Origin: Verrucomicrobiota bacterium
GTDB taxonomy: Bacteria > Verrucomicrobiota > Verrucomicrobiia > Opitutales > Seribacteraceae
Reading direction: 5' to 3'
DNA: 64,000 nucleotides
Assembly (NCBI GenBank): GCA_027622665.1
Contig: JAQBYT010000006.1
Location: forward strand, 32,001 to 96,000
The translations under genes and the position numbers were made by a program. The notes under the pieces were generated by a model. It was given only the letters and a program-made list of their open reading frames with translations, was not told the DNA's origin and did not search any database. Positions 49,072 to 58,185 of the stretch are shown here, piece by piece (the first letter of the stretch is position 1; every line of letters begins with the position of its first letter).

Positions 49072-50031
49072 TCAGACTCCGTTGACCACGTTGGCGGTCT
49101 TCCCGTCTATGAAGGAGCGAAGGTTCTTTGCGGTGGCGGCTAGTAGGCGCTTCCGTGCAGCATAGGTGGCCCAGGCGATGTGTGGACTGACGAAGCAATT
49201 TTTCGCCTGAGGCAAGGGATTGTGGGGTGACGGAGGTTCTGTGGAGAGCACGTCTAAGCCGGCTCCGGCGAGGTGACCTGCATTGAGGGCATTGGCGAGA
49301 GCCTCTTCGTCTACGAGTTGGCCTCTGCCTGTATTGATAAGGAAGGCGGATGACTTCATCTGGGCTAGGTTTTCCGAATTCACGACTCGATCCGTTTCGG
49401 GGGTGAGCGGGCAGTGTAGGCTAAGTACGTCGCTTTGCCCAAAGAGGGTGTCCATGCTCACTGCCTCCACCTCTCCTTCAATGTTTTCCTTGAGAGAGCG
49501 ACTATGGGCTATGACCTTCATGCCGAAGGCTCTTCCGATACCGGCGGTTTCTTTACCGATTGTTCCGTATCCGAGAATGCCGAGAGTGAGCCCATCCAGC
49601 TCCACGAGAGGAAAGTCGGTGAAGCAGAAGTCGGGGCAACTCGCCCAGCGTCCTGCCGACACTTCATTTGCATGGTGAGCCGTTCGCTGCGTGAGGTTCA
49701 GGATGTGAGCGAAGGCCATTTGGGCCACGGATTTTGGCCCGTAGCCCGGAACGTTCGTGACGGGGATTCCGCGTTCGGAAGCGGCTTCGCAATTCACGAT
49801 GTTCACTCCCGTAGCCGTGACGCCGATGTAGCGGAGTTCACGAAGGTTCTCGATTGTCTCGCGAGTGACGAGGGCCTTGTTTGTGATGATAGCGTCTGCT
49901 CCCTTGCATCTTTCCGCCATCTCTTCAGGTAATGTGCGGTCGTGAATCTCGAGCTCGCCTAGTTCTCCGAGACGATCCCAAGACAGGTCGCCCGGATTAA
50001 GGGTATACGCATCCAATACGACGATTTTCAT
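49072..50031 (-). CDS. D-2-hydroxyacid dehydrogenase (glycerate dehydrogenase/hydroxypyruvate reductase-like)
   Basis: MKIVVLDAYTLNPGDLSW, GYGTIG, SLHCPLT, INTGRG, GLDVLSTEPP, SPHIAW. Confidence 0.93.
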   Translation of the reverse strand: MKIVVLDAYTLNPGDLSWDRLGELGELEIHDRTLPEEMAERCKGADAIITNKALVTRETIENLRELRYIGVTATGVNIVNCEAASERGIPVTNVPGYGPKSVAQMAFAHILNLTQRTAHHANEVSAGRWASCPDFCFTDFPLVELDGLTLGILGYGTIGKETAGIGRAFGMKVIAHSRSLKENIEGEVEAVSMDTLFGQSDVLSLHCPLTPETDRVVNSENLAQMKSSAFLINTGRGQLVDEEALANALNAGHLAGAGLDVLSTEPPSPHNPLPQAKNCFVSPHIAWATYAARKRLLAATAKNLRSFIDGKTANVVNGV

Positions 50032-50103
50032 AGATAGGGTGATTGAACTAGAAGATAGCTTTTGGCTTTCCTTAACCAAAATCGTCGCAGCGATTTAATT
50101 ACC

Positions 50104-53100
50104 TTATTCTTTCCCCTTCAGGCAGGTGATCGTGCCTTTCACTGTGGAGAGAAAAAGTTTTCCGTTGGCCGCGGCAAGACCGTCCCATGTAGGAAGGTAA
50201 CCAAGGTTGTACTTGGCCAAGGTTTCCCCTGTTTTGGCGGAGACTGCGAGAAGGACTGCGCCTTGGGTGCCTGCTAAGGCAGCTTCCTGCTTGTCGATGA
50301 TTTCTTTCACGGAATTGTCGCGAGCCATAATGCGGGAAAAAGTTTCTTCCTCGTCCATGACGTCCGGGGGGCCTGCCACGAAGACGACGTCCTCAGCCAA
50401 AACCATTCCACGGGCAAGCACGGGAATGTCGTGCGTCCAGTTGTGGGCGACGCCTCCGCCGGCTTGCTGTTTTCCACCTTTTTTCGGTTTTCCTGCGAAG
50501 CGGAAGGCATTTCCCACTTTGCCCTTGGCAGGCTGAGCTTCGTTGACGCTGGCCTTGTGACCGTGTGTAGAGAGGTCGGTAGCCTCCGCATCATCGAAAG
50601 AGCAAGCGAGCACGCAGGTCGACTCAATGGCTCGTCCTCCTCCTTGATTGAGAAAGGCCTTGGCGAAGATCTCGGGGTCAACCTCACCGAAGTGCAGGCG
50701 TACCTCGTCGATCGAGCCTGTGAAATTGAATGGGCTTGCGTAGTTCCCGACGGCGGATAAGTCGTCGGCTCCTATATCCAGGCTTTGGATCGGGTCTGAA
50801 GCAATTAGATCCGGAGCTTTCCCTTTGGCGCTGAGCCGACCGTCGAGATAAAGACGCATGGATTTATCTTTGGATAGGACACCTGCCAAATGATGCCATT
50901 TCCCCTTTATCGTGTCTCGAATAGATATGGTGGCCAGCTGATCCTTCGAACGAATGTGAAAGTGAGGGCGGCCCTTCTCGATGGTCAGGGCAAAACCGTC
51001 GCGTGGTCCGCCTCTGGCAACTATGACGCCATCGTTCCTGTCTGCCTTCACCCATGCTTCGACGGCAATGGCCTTCCCTTTGGGATTGAGAGTTTTTGGA
51101 ATACCGAAGCTCACCATTTGCGTAGGTGTGGCCGGGCTTCTTCGGTTGGTGGCTGGGCTTGGTGCTTCCGTACCCACCTTTTGCTCCATCGGAGCTGAGA
51201 AAAGCTGGTGCTCCAAAGTTGTTGTCCAGCGAAGATATTGAGGTTTGCGACCAAAGCCGTAGACGGTGTCATCGTCGTGCACGAGGATTCGACCCGAGGG
51301 AGCGAACTTCCCGGCTTGATAGTAACCGCCATGGCCACCTGCGAAGCTGCGACCGTATACCCAGTAACTGCGGTGGAACCAGTCGCCGTCGAGAAAACCG
51401 GTGGGTGAGAAGAGGTGGGCACCTTCCCCTTTTTGGACGGATCCCTGGGTGGATGGGTTACCTGAGTGTGGACCCAATCCGACACGTTTTCCGTTCAGGT
51501 CGAATTTCTGGGAGCGCATGTAGATGAATTCACCGTCGCAAGAGAGTATGTCGGTCAAACCCACAGGCATGTTCAGGACTTGATGACGATCTTGAAGGTT
51601 GTCTCCGGTTTCGGGATCGGTCTCGTTTATTTTGGTTTGGGCGATTGTTTCTCCCGTTTTGGCGTCGAGCCTGTAGAAGCGCAGCCCTCCATCGAGGAAG
51701 TTGGAGCGCCCCGCGACGAAATAGGCGGAACCGTCACGGACAAGGACGTTTCCCGATACAGGCCAAACGGACTCCAGTTGCTCGAAGGACATGTGACGGA
51801 GGTCCTCGGGGGATGCATGGAAACGCCAAGCAAGAGTGCCGTCGGAGGCTTGCAGGCTGCTCACGGTCCCATCGGCAGAGCCAAAGAGGACATTGCCCTG
51901 ATGGTAGGTGGGTGGAGAGTCGATTCGTCCGCCGGCGACGTGAGACCAAAGGATTTTTCCGTTCCCCGCGTCTAAGCAATGGACGGCGTGCGCATCAATT
52001 TCCGCGACGAAGAGTTTGCCGTCCGCCACAATTACGGAGCTGAGCCGTGAACCATCGCCGATTTCAGTTTCCCACGCGGGGTTGAGGGAAGTGGATACGG
52101 GAGCGACTGCTTTGCCGCTACGATTGACGTTGCCGCGATAAGTCGGCCAGTCCGAGGGATTTGGTTCTTTGGGCGCGGCGGTCTTGCCGTATGCAGGACC
52201 TTTTTCCAGTTGTGGCGGTAAATCTTTCGGGTTGGGCGGTTCTCGACTGTCGGATGCCGGGGCGAGGGCATTGAGACCGAATAGCTTGGCTTCGGGATAA
52301 CATGCGCAGTTGTGGGGCGGGGCGTAGACCAACCCGTGGCAGGGCATGATGCCATAGAGGCAACCGCCGCGAACCCAGTGATTGATGTCCCAGTGAGACT
52401 TTTCGAAGTCTACGAACTCGATGCCCGTCCGTGATGCGAGCAGGAACCGTTCGGTGGCTTTCGCAATGTGGCATCGGTGATGAAACCAGTAGGGATTAAC
52501 CTTTGGGGGAAAGCTCTTTTTAACCTCCCCCGAACGAAGGTCGCGACCAGTCCATGCTCCTGAGTCCTTCGTGCTCGTCAATGGGGCGGACCAAACCAGA
52601 CCACCGATAACGAGCAAATCCTCGGGAGATTGATAGCCGCCGCGTTCGTGTGGCGAGGTCCAGAGATTCTTCCCTGTGGTCGCATCAAAAGCGGTCATTG
52701 AACGGTCGCCACCTGCGAAAACCACCACACCGTCGACGACAACCAGTTTGGGGCCGAAATTGAATGGGACGCTAGGTCGACTACCACTGGATTGCCCCTT
52801 CCACGCGACCTTGCCGGTCTTTAGTTCGATCGCGGTGACGTTCTTGCCGTCATAAAGGTAGGCGCGTTCTCCATCTGTGGCCGGTGACAGTGGAGCGGCA
52901 GGGCTTTCGTATTCCCAGCGCTTCTTGCCGGTTTCGGAATCGTAGCACATGAGGATGCGAGGTTTTTGGTTCCAGACGAACTCCGTCCGAACACGAGCTT
53001 GATCTCCCACATTGTGCTTTGGTACATAGTCCTTTAGCTCGGAAACTCCCCTGTTTACCAAGGCAATTAATGATCCATTGGCCACGAGTATCTCCTCCGT

Positions 53101-53997
53101 TCCCTCGGAGCCTTTGAAGTCGGTCAACGTTTTTCCGGAGGTGGCGTCTAGGGCTGAAACGGCAGCGGTTATGCCCAAAGTGAAGTAAACGCGATTACCC
53201 ACAGAGACCAGTCTGCGCGCCAGTTGCGTGGGACCGCTCTTGAGAGGCCAGAGGTGGTGATGCCATTTCGGGATATCCCGCTTCCATAGAACGACTCCAT
53301 TAAAGGCGTCTCGAGCAATTAGCTTCCATTGCGGCGGCAACTGAATCGACACGCGGGATCCCTCGTCCATGACGTAGAACAAGCGACCGCGGGAAGAGAC
53401 GAGGGCACTCATACTAGCCATGCGGTCGTGGTGACGCGACCAGCGTGGGCTACCCACCCACTGCAGACGGCGTGGAGGTCCCACTCGTGTGTCTTTGGCA
53501 ACGGCATTGCCATCCGCTCCGTGCAAGTAATGGGTCCATTCGTCGATGTCCTCAGGCCATGGTTTTGCTAGGCTCTTCCACTTGCCGTTCTTATGAATAT
53601 AGGCGATGCCGAGTGGTGCAAGTACGCGTAGGATTTCTTTTTCGTCAGTCTCCACTCCCTCCTCGGCTACGAGTAGGTTTACCATATTGTCGATGTACGG
53701 CAAGTGGTTGCCCCTCAAAAGGTCGGCGGCCACGGTTCCGTAGCTCCCGACAGACTCTCGAATCTCCTTTCGGAGATCGTCGAGTTGCGAGGCATCCGTA
53801 ACGAGCGCGTGAACTTGGTAACTGTCGCTCGGTTGCAACGCGGCAGTAGCGGACCCGTCATCGGCCCCGACGTGAACGATAAATCCTCCTTTTACGCATG
53901 ATTCCTTCAGAACGCGGGTAATTTCGTCTTTTGACGAACGGGCGAATCCGGCATTCGCCGACAATATTATCAAAGGAATAACCAACAGTTTTTTCAT
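50104..53997 (-). CDS. large secreted protein: methyltransferase-like N-domain, PQQ-type beta-propellers and a LamG insertion
   Basis: N-domain IVHVGADDG...LPYIDNMVNLLV...EILRVLAPLG; propeller starts DEWTHYLHG and DWPTYRG; LamG motifs AVEAWVK, WHHLAGV, RLYLDG, FTGSIDEVRL. Confidence 0.85.
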   Translation of the reverse strand: MKKLLVIPLIILSANAGFARSSKDEITRVLKESCVKGGFIVHVGADDGSATAALQPSDSYQVHALVTDASQLDDLRKEIRESVGSYGTVAADLLRGNHLPYIDNMVNLLVAEEGVETDEKEILRVLAPLGIAYIHKNGKWKSLAKPWPEDIDEWTHYLHGADGNAVAKDTRVGPPRRLQWVGSPRWSRHHDRMASMSALVSSRGRLFYVMDEGSRVSIQLPPQWKLIARDAFNGVVLWKRDIPKWHHHLWPLKSGPTQLARRLVSVGNRVYFTLGITAAVSALDATSGKTLTDFKGSEGTEEILVANGSLIALVNRGVSELKDYVPKHNVGDQARVRTEFVWNQKPRILMCYDSETGKKRWEYESPAAPLSPATDGERAYLYDGKNVTAIELKTGKVAWKGQSSGSRPSVPFNFGPKLVVVDGVVVFAGGDRSMTAFDATTGKNLWTSPHERGGYQSPEDLLVIGGLVWSAPLTSTKDSGAWTGRDLRSGEVKKSFPPKVNPYWFHHRCHIAKATERFLLASRTGIEFVDFEKSHWDINHWVRGGCLYGIMPCHGLVYAPPHNCACYPEAKLFGLNALAPASDSREPPNPKDLPPQLEKGPAYGKTAAPKEPNPSDWPTYRGNVNRSGKAVAPVSTSLNPAWETEIGDGSRLSSVIVADGKLFVAEIDAHAVHCLDAGNGKILWSHVAGGRIDSPPTYHQGNVLFGSADGTVSSLQASDGTLAWRFHASPEDLRHMSFEQLESVWPVSGNVLVRDGSAYFVAGRSNFLDGGLRFYRLDAKTGETIAQTKINETDPETGDNLQDRHQVLNMPVGLTDILSCDGEFIYMRSQKFDLNGKRVGLGPHSGNPSTQGSVQKGEGAHLFSPTGFLDGDWFHRSYWVYGRSFAGGHGGYYQAGKFAPSGRILVHDDDTVYGFGRKPQYLRWTTTLEHQLFSAPMEQKVGTEAPSPATNRRSPATPTQMVSFGIPKTLNPKGKAIAVEAWVKADRNDGVIVARGGPRDGFALTIEKGRPHFHIRSKDQLATISIRDTIKGKWHHLAGVLSKDKSMRLYLDGRLSAKGKAPDLIASDPIQSLDIGADDLSAVGNYASPFNFTGSIDEVRLHFGEVDPEIFAKAFLNQGGGRAIESTCVLACSFDDAEATDLSTHGHKASVNEAQPAKGKVGNAFRFAGKPKKGGKQQAGGGVAHNWTHDIPVLARGMVLAEDVVFVAGPPDVMDEEETFSRIMARDNSVKEIIDKQEAALAGTQGAVLLAVSAKTGETLAKYNLGYLPTWDGLAAANGKLFLSTVKGTITCLKGKE

Positions 53998-54060
53998 GAG
54001 GGAGTCGATTAAATGGTTAAGAGCGCATCACCCGTTCGGCGATTTCGGGACCGAAATTAC

Positions 54061-55500
54061 CTACTTTTGCGTAAGTTCGGGAAAGGAATTCTTCAGGTCG
54101 AGCGTGTCGCCTGTTTCCTTTTGAAGTTTTAGAAATCGAGCAAAGAGGTTACGCATGAGAGGTAAGTTGGTCTCGTCTTTCGCGAGGTCTTTCATTTCCA
54201 TTGGGTCTGCCGCGATATCGTATAGGCGGGCAACGGGAACCTTTGGATAAAGGAGAAGCTTCTTGTCCTTCACGGTCACCGAGCGCTGGACCGATAGGTA
54301 AGCGCCGTAGATGGCATTGTAACTGGACTCCTTTGTTTCTCCTCTCGCGAGAGGCAGCACGCTGTTGAACTGGACGTGCTCGGGTTTCTCGACGCCTGCA
54401 ATTTCCAAGGACGAGGCCATCACGTCCTGTAGGTAAATGGGGGCGGACACCTTTGTTCCTTTAGGTATCTCCGGCCCCTTTACGATAAAGGGGACGCGAG
54501 TGCTGTGCTCGTATAGGTTCTGTTTGCCGAACAGACCGTGGTGGCCGACCGCCAATCCATGGTCTGCAGAGAAAAAGACATAGGTCTCATCGCCCATGCC
54601 GGACTTTTCGAGGGCGTTTAGAATTCGTCCTATCTGTTCGTCCATGTGGGTGATTATTGCGTAGTATTCCTGTCTGTGTACCTTGACGGAATGTTCCGTT
54701 CTCGGCATCGGGCCTAGCTTTTCGTCGCGCAGTCCGTGTTGGCAGCCAATTTCGTCCTTGTAGGGGTACATGGGTAGAAAGTTCTTTGGAATGGCGATGC
54801 GGTCGAGGGGATACTTGTCGACGTATTCTTTGGGCGACTGCCTCGGGTCATGAGGAGCATTGAAGGCAACGTAGGCGAAGAAAGGCTTTTCCTTTTCGTG
54901 CTTCTTGGCTTGGGCGATGTAGTCGAGGGCATCGTCTGCCACTATGGCGCTCCAGTGCCTGCCGCCTTTCCAAAAACCCTCGAACTTCGGGTCGTATGGG
55001 CTCCATGGGTCGGGCTTTCCGGGCAAGGGACGATTGTAGCCGGCGGGAGTTTGGTTGGGCATGCCCGGTCGCACGTTGCGAGCAACGTCGAAACACTTAT
55101 CGGCGCTGGCCCGTACGTGCCATTTTCCCGTAAAATAAGTTTGATAGCCTGCTTTTTTCATGTTCTCCGACCAAAAGCGTCCTGCAGCACGCTCCTGCTC
55201 AGCCTTCTTGGAGGCTTCGTTGGCATGCCAAAGGAAACGCCCGGTGTTGAGCATGTGGCGGCTGGCCAAGCAAACGGCTCCGCTCCACGAGCCCATATTG
55301 TAGGCCCGCGTAAAGGTTACACCCGCATTCATGAGGCGGTCGAGGTTGGGCGTTTCGATATCCGTCAGACCCATTCCTCCAACAGTCTCGAAGCACTGGT
55401 CGTCGGCGAAGATGAAGAGGACGTTCGGCTTCTTCTTGGCATAAACGGAAAGGGCGGAGGCTAAAGCCGCCGCGAGGACGAGGAGCACAGGGCGAATCAT
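54061..55500 (-). CDS. sulfatase (S1, secreted)
   Basis: KPNVLFIFADDQ, AVCLASRHMLNTG, TGKWH, APHDPR, SADHG, GKQNLYE. Confidence 0.94.
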   Translation of the reverse strand: MIRPVLLVLAAALASALSVYAKKKPNVLFIFADDQCFETVGGMGLTDIETPNLDRLMNAGVTFTRAYNMGSWSGAVCLASRHMLNTGRFLWHANEASKKAEQERAAGRFWSENMKKAGYQTYFTGKWHVRASADKCFDVARNVRPGMPNQTPAGYNRPLPGKPDPWSPYDPKFEGFWKGGRHWSAIVADDALDYIAQAKKHEKEKPFFAYVAFNAPHDPRQSPKEYVDKYPLDRIAIPKNFLPMYPYKDEIGCQHGLRDEKLGPMPRTEHSVKVHRQEYYAIITHMDEQIGRILNALEKSGMGDETYVFFSADHGLAVGHHGLFGKQNLYEHSTRVPFIVKGPEIPKGTKVSAPIYLQDVMASSLEIAGVEKPEHVQFNSVLPLARGETKESSYNAIYGAYLSVQRSVTVKDKKLLLYPKVPVARLYDIAADPMEMKDLAKDETNLPLMRNLFARFLKLQKETGDTLDLKNSFPELTQK

Positions 55501-55845
55501 GCCCTACATGTTTGGGGACGCGTCGAGTCTTGGCAAGAGTGTAGAATGGGAGAAGAAACTTTCTTACATGTCACTTGTCGGATGCGTTTTGGTCCCCAAT
55601 GAGTGCGTTAGGTATCTCCTCGAGTTCCAACAAGCCCTTTGTGGGATCGGGCAGTTGTCTCTTCGTCGGTCCCGTGTTCTTTGAATTTGATTCTTCTTTG
55701 GTCGAGTTCTCCGAGAGTTGCATCCGATGAATATCGACCCTCCGATGGGAGGGATAAGGGTACGGCGAGGTAGTGAACTGTTCATGAAGTGATGAAACTG
55801 GCAGGACTTGAAAACGGGAAACGAAATGATTTCATGGCGAAGTGC

Positions 55846-55876
55846 AAAAAAAAATCCGCAGGATTTGCGGACTTTT
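55846..55876 (-). terminator. intrinsic terminator
   Basis: Minus strand TCCGCA-AATCC-TGCGGA followed by T9, just downstream of the 55901-56569 gene. Confidence 0.8.
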
Positions 55877-55900
55877 CGATGGAGGAATTGCCTTTAAAGG

Positions 55901-56569
55901 CTAACGCCGACAGTCTTGCATCACTCTTAGCCAAACCTCTCGAATGTCGTACAACCGTAGAGATGTCTCCTCCAAATAGTCACTTAGGATTTTGGTGTTG
56001 TGATGCTCAAAAAGGCGATTGAGCCGTAGAGATTCGTTGAGTGCTGAGTGAGATTTCTTGAAATGGCATACGGCGAGCTGATAATCACCCAGATCCAAGC
56101 TTTGTGCTCCTAGTATAGAGTGTCGCTCACCATCTGCCAAGCTAGCGCAGTAACTCCATACCAAGTTGGCTTGGGGTTGAGTCTGGTTGTGCCGCATTAA
56201 GTGTTCCCACGATGCCCGAAGGTAAACATACAGGGCGGTGGTGGAAACATAGACGGGGTGCTTGTGGATGGTATAGGGATCCGAATCAGTGCAAGCTTCG
56301 TCTTCCTCTTGATCATCCAGGGTCGACTCCTCGGAAAAGCCTAGCTCATCTTCGATTGCCGACCAGTCTTCACTATCCCAGCCCATGAGGTGGGCCGCTT
56401 CATCCAAGCGATCGTTTTTTTCGGGGACACTGTTGTAGACAGCTATGAAGCGAGACACTTCTTTGTCGGAATCACGAAGATATCGCTGCCAGTCCGATTC
56501 ATTCCATGCGATCTCGCCTCCGTCATCCCAATCTCCGTCGTAGTTGCTTTCGAAATCGTACTGGCTCAT
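55901..56569 (-). CDS. hypothetical protein (acidic N-terminus)
   Basis: 222-aa protein-like ORF (WNESDWQRYLR...PYTIHKHPVY) with its own terminator. Confidence 0.8.
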   Translation of the reverse strand: MSQYDFESNYDGDWDDGGEIAWNESDWQRYLRDSDKEVSRFIAVYNSVPEKNDRLDEAAHLMGWDSEDWSAIEDELGFSEESTLDDQEEDEACTDSDPYTIHKHPVYVSTTALYVYLRASWEHLMRHNQTQPQANLVWSYCASLADGERHSILGAQSLDLGDYQLAVCHFKKSHSALNESLRLNRLFEHHNTKILSDYLEETSLRLYDIREVWLRVMQDCRR

Positions 56570-56698
56570 TGCTGGATTTTGTGTGCCGCGGGAATTGCGA
56601 CGTGTTTAATCTTTGTTTTCAACCGGAGAAAGAACAAGGTCAAATTATTTTTCAGGAAAGAGATTGGTCGAAAAGTTAATCTTGGTTATGCGGATGTG

Positions 56699-56980
56699 AT
56701 GTCGACTAACTGCTTTCGTTTGAATGTGAAATTTACCGGTAGGGTTCAGGGAGTAGGTTTTCGGTGGAACGTCAAAGACGTTTCGAGTGGGCATTCGGTG
56801 ACGGGCTATGTTAAGAACTTGCCTGACGGTTCGGTTGAGATGCTTGCCGAGGGCGAGGAAGACGAGGTTTTATCTTTTTTTGTCGGAGTGGAGGAGCGAA
56901 TGCTCGGTTACGTGACGGAACGTGTTCAGCTTCCAAGGGTTGGAATCAGGCAGTTTTCCTCTTTCGAGATCACCTCTTGA
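56699..56980 (+). CDS. acyP: acylphosphatase
   Basis: GRVQGVGFR and VTGYVKNLPDGSVEMLAEG. Start is ATG 56699. Confidence 0.95.
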   Translation: MSTNCFRLNVKFTGRVQGVGFRWNVKDVSSGHSVTGYVKNLPDGSVEMLAEGEEDEVLSFFVGVEERMLGYVTERVQLPRVGIRQFSSFEITS

Positions 56981-58159
56981 TTAGCGCCGGCATCTTTTTA
57001 GGCTCATCAGGGCCATGGCTGTGCCGTACTGTTGGTGATAATCGTAAAAGGGGTAGTCCCACCAAGATCCGTCTTTTTCTTGAAGGGGAAGGAGGATGGC
57101 TGCGAGGTGGTTTTGGTATAGAGGCTGATCTGCCTCGGGGAGGGTTTTGATGCAAAAGGCTGCGTAGTAATGACCGTAGTAGAAAAAGTAGCCCGCCACT
57201 TGGAACCAAGACTCATGGGGTACGGGGCGCTTGCGGGCTACGCTTAGCCAACCGTTGCGGGCAATTAGGCGGTCGAGGCAGATCTTGTGCACGTCGTGCG
57301 TCACGGTTTTGTCGCCCCAAAGTTGCAGGGCCAAGTTGCAGGCATGGGAACGCCCCAGACTGCCCCCGGGACGATTGATGCCACGGCGTGGTTTCCATTT
57401 CAGGTATTCCCCATAGAGATAACTGTGATCGGGCAGGCGTTGTCGCTGTGTTGCGTCGTATGCTCGCTTGACGAGTTTTTCAGGTGGTTCTATGCCACGC
57501 TCCTTCGCTTCATGCATAGCGACGAGGCCAGTTGCGTTGACGAAAGATATTGAACTGCCGGATGGTTGCTTGGTTTGGGCGTTGAAATCGTAATATCCCC
57601 AACCCCCGTCGATCGATGCATAGCGCTCGAGCATGCCGATCTGATGATTTATCAAATCTTCAATACGAAGAAGTTTAGTTTTGTTTGCATCGGAAACATC
57701 AACAATTCTTTTGTGCATGCGAGCAAGGGCTTGTATGCCATAGGCATGCGCCCAGACGTTGTAGATAGCCATGGGCGTTGCCCGCCTCAGGTAAGGAAGT
57801 CTTTCCAGCAAGTATTCTTCCCCTTTTCCGATAACCTTCGAGTAGTTTGAATCGTCGCCCTTGTTTTCGATGAGCGCTGCAGTCGAAAGAGCAGTGACAG
57901 CAAGTCGAAAGGCACGGTGGGAACCAGGTACGGGAGCGAAAATGTTTAGCCCCTTGGTGTTTCGAGCGGAACCCCATGAGCCATCCGGATTTTGTCGTTT
58001 CTTCAGGAATTCGCATCCTCTGTCTATGGAGTCGAGAATGGTTGCCTGTGTAGGAAACTCGACCTCGGGCAGGCGTATAGGTCGTTCAATTCCCGAATCA
58101 TCCGCAATTACGGAGATCGAGAGAATGAGAAACAGTGGGATGCAGAGGATGCGATACAT
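56981..58159 (-). CDS. secreted prenyltransferase/squalene oxidase repeat protein
   Basis: Signal peptide; FLKKRQNPDGSWG, DGGWGY, LPLQEKDGSWWD. Confidence 0.8.
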   Translation of the reverse strand: MYRILCIPLFLILSISVIADDSGIERPIRLPEVEFPTQATILDSIDRGCEFLKKRQNPDGSWGSARNTKGLNIFAPVPGSHRAFRLAVTALSTAALIENKGDDSNYSKVIGKGEEYLLERLPYLRRATPMAIYNVWAHAYGIQALARMHKRIVDVSDANKTKLLRIEDLINHQIGMLERYASIDGGWGYYDFNAQTKQPSGSSISFVNATGLVAMHEAKERGIEPPEKLVKRAYDATQRQRLPDHSYLYGEYLKWKPRRGINRPGGSLGRSHACNLALQLWGDKTVTHDVHKICLDRLIARNGWLSVARKRPVPHESWFQVAGYFFYYGHYYAAFCIKTLPEADQPLYQNHLAAILLPLQEKDGSWWDYPFYDYHQQYGTAMALMSLKRCRR

Positions 58160-58185
58160 CGTGGAGGTCTCGGGGAGGAGGTGGC

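Noticed and set aside
56390..56698. N-terminal extension of acylphosphatase
   Set aside because: It overlaps the opposite-strand gene; the domain starts at ATG 56699.
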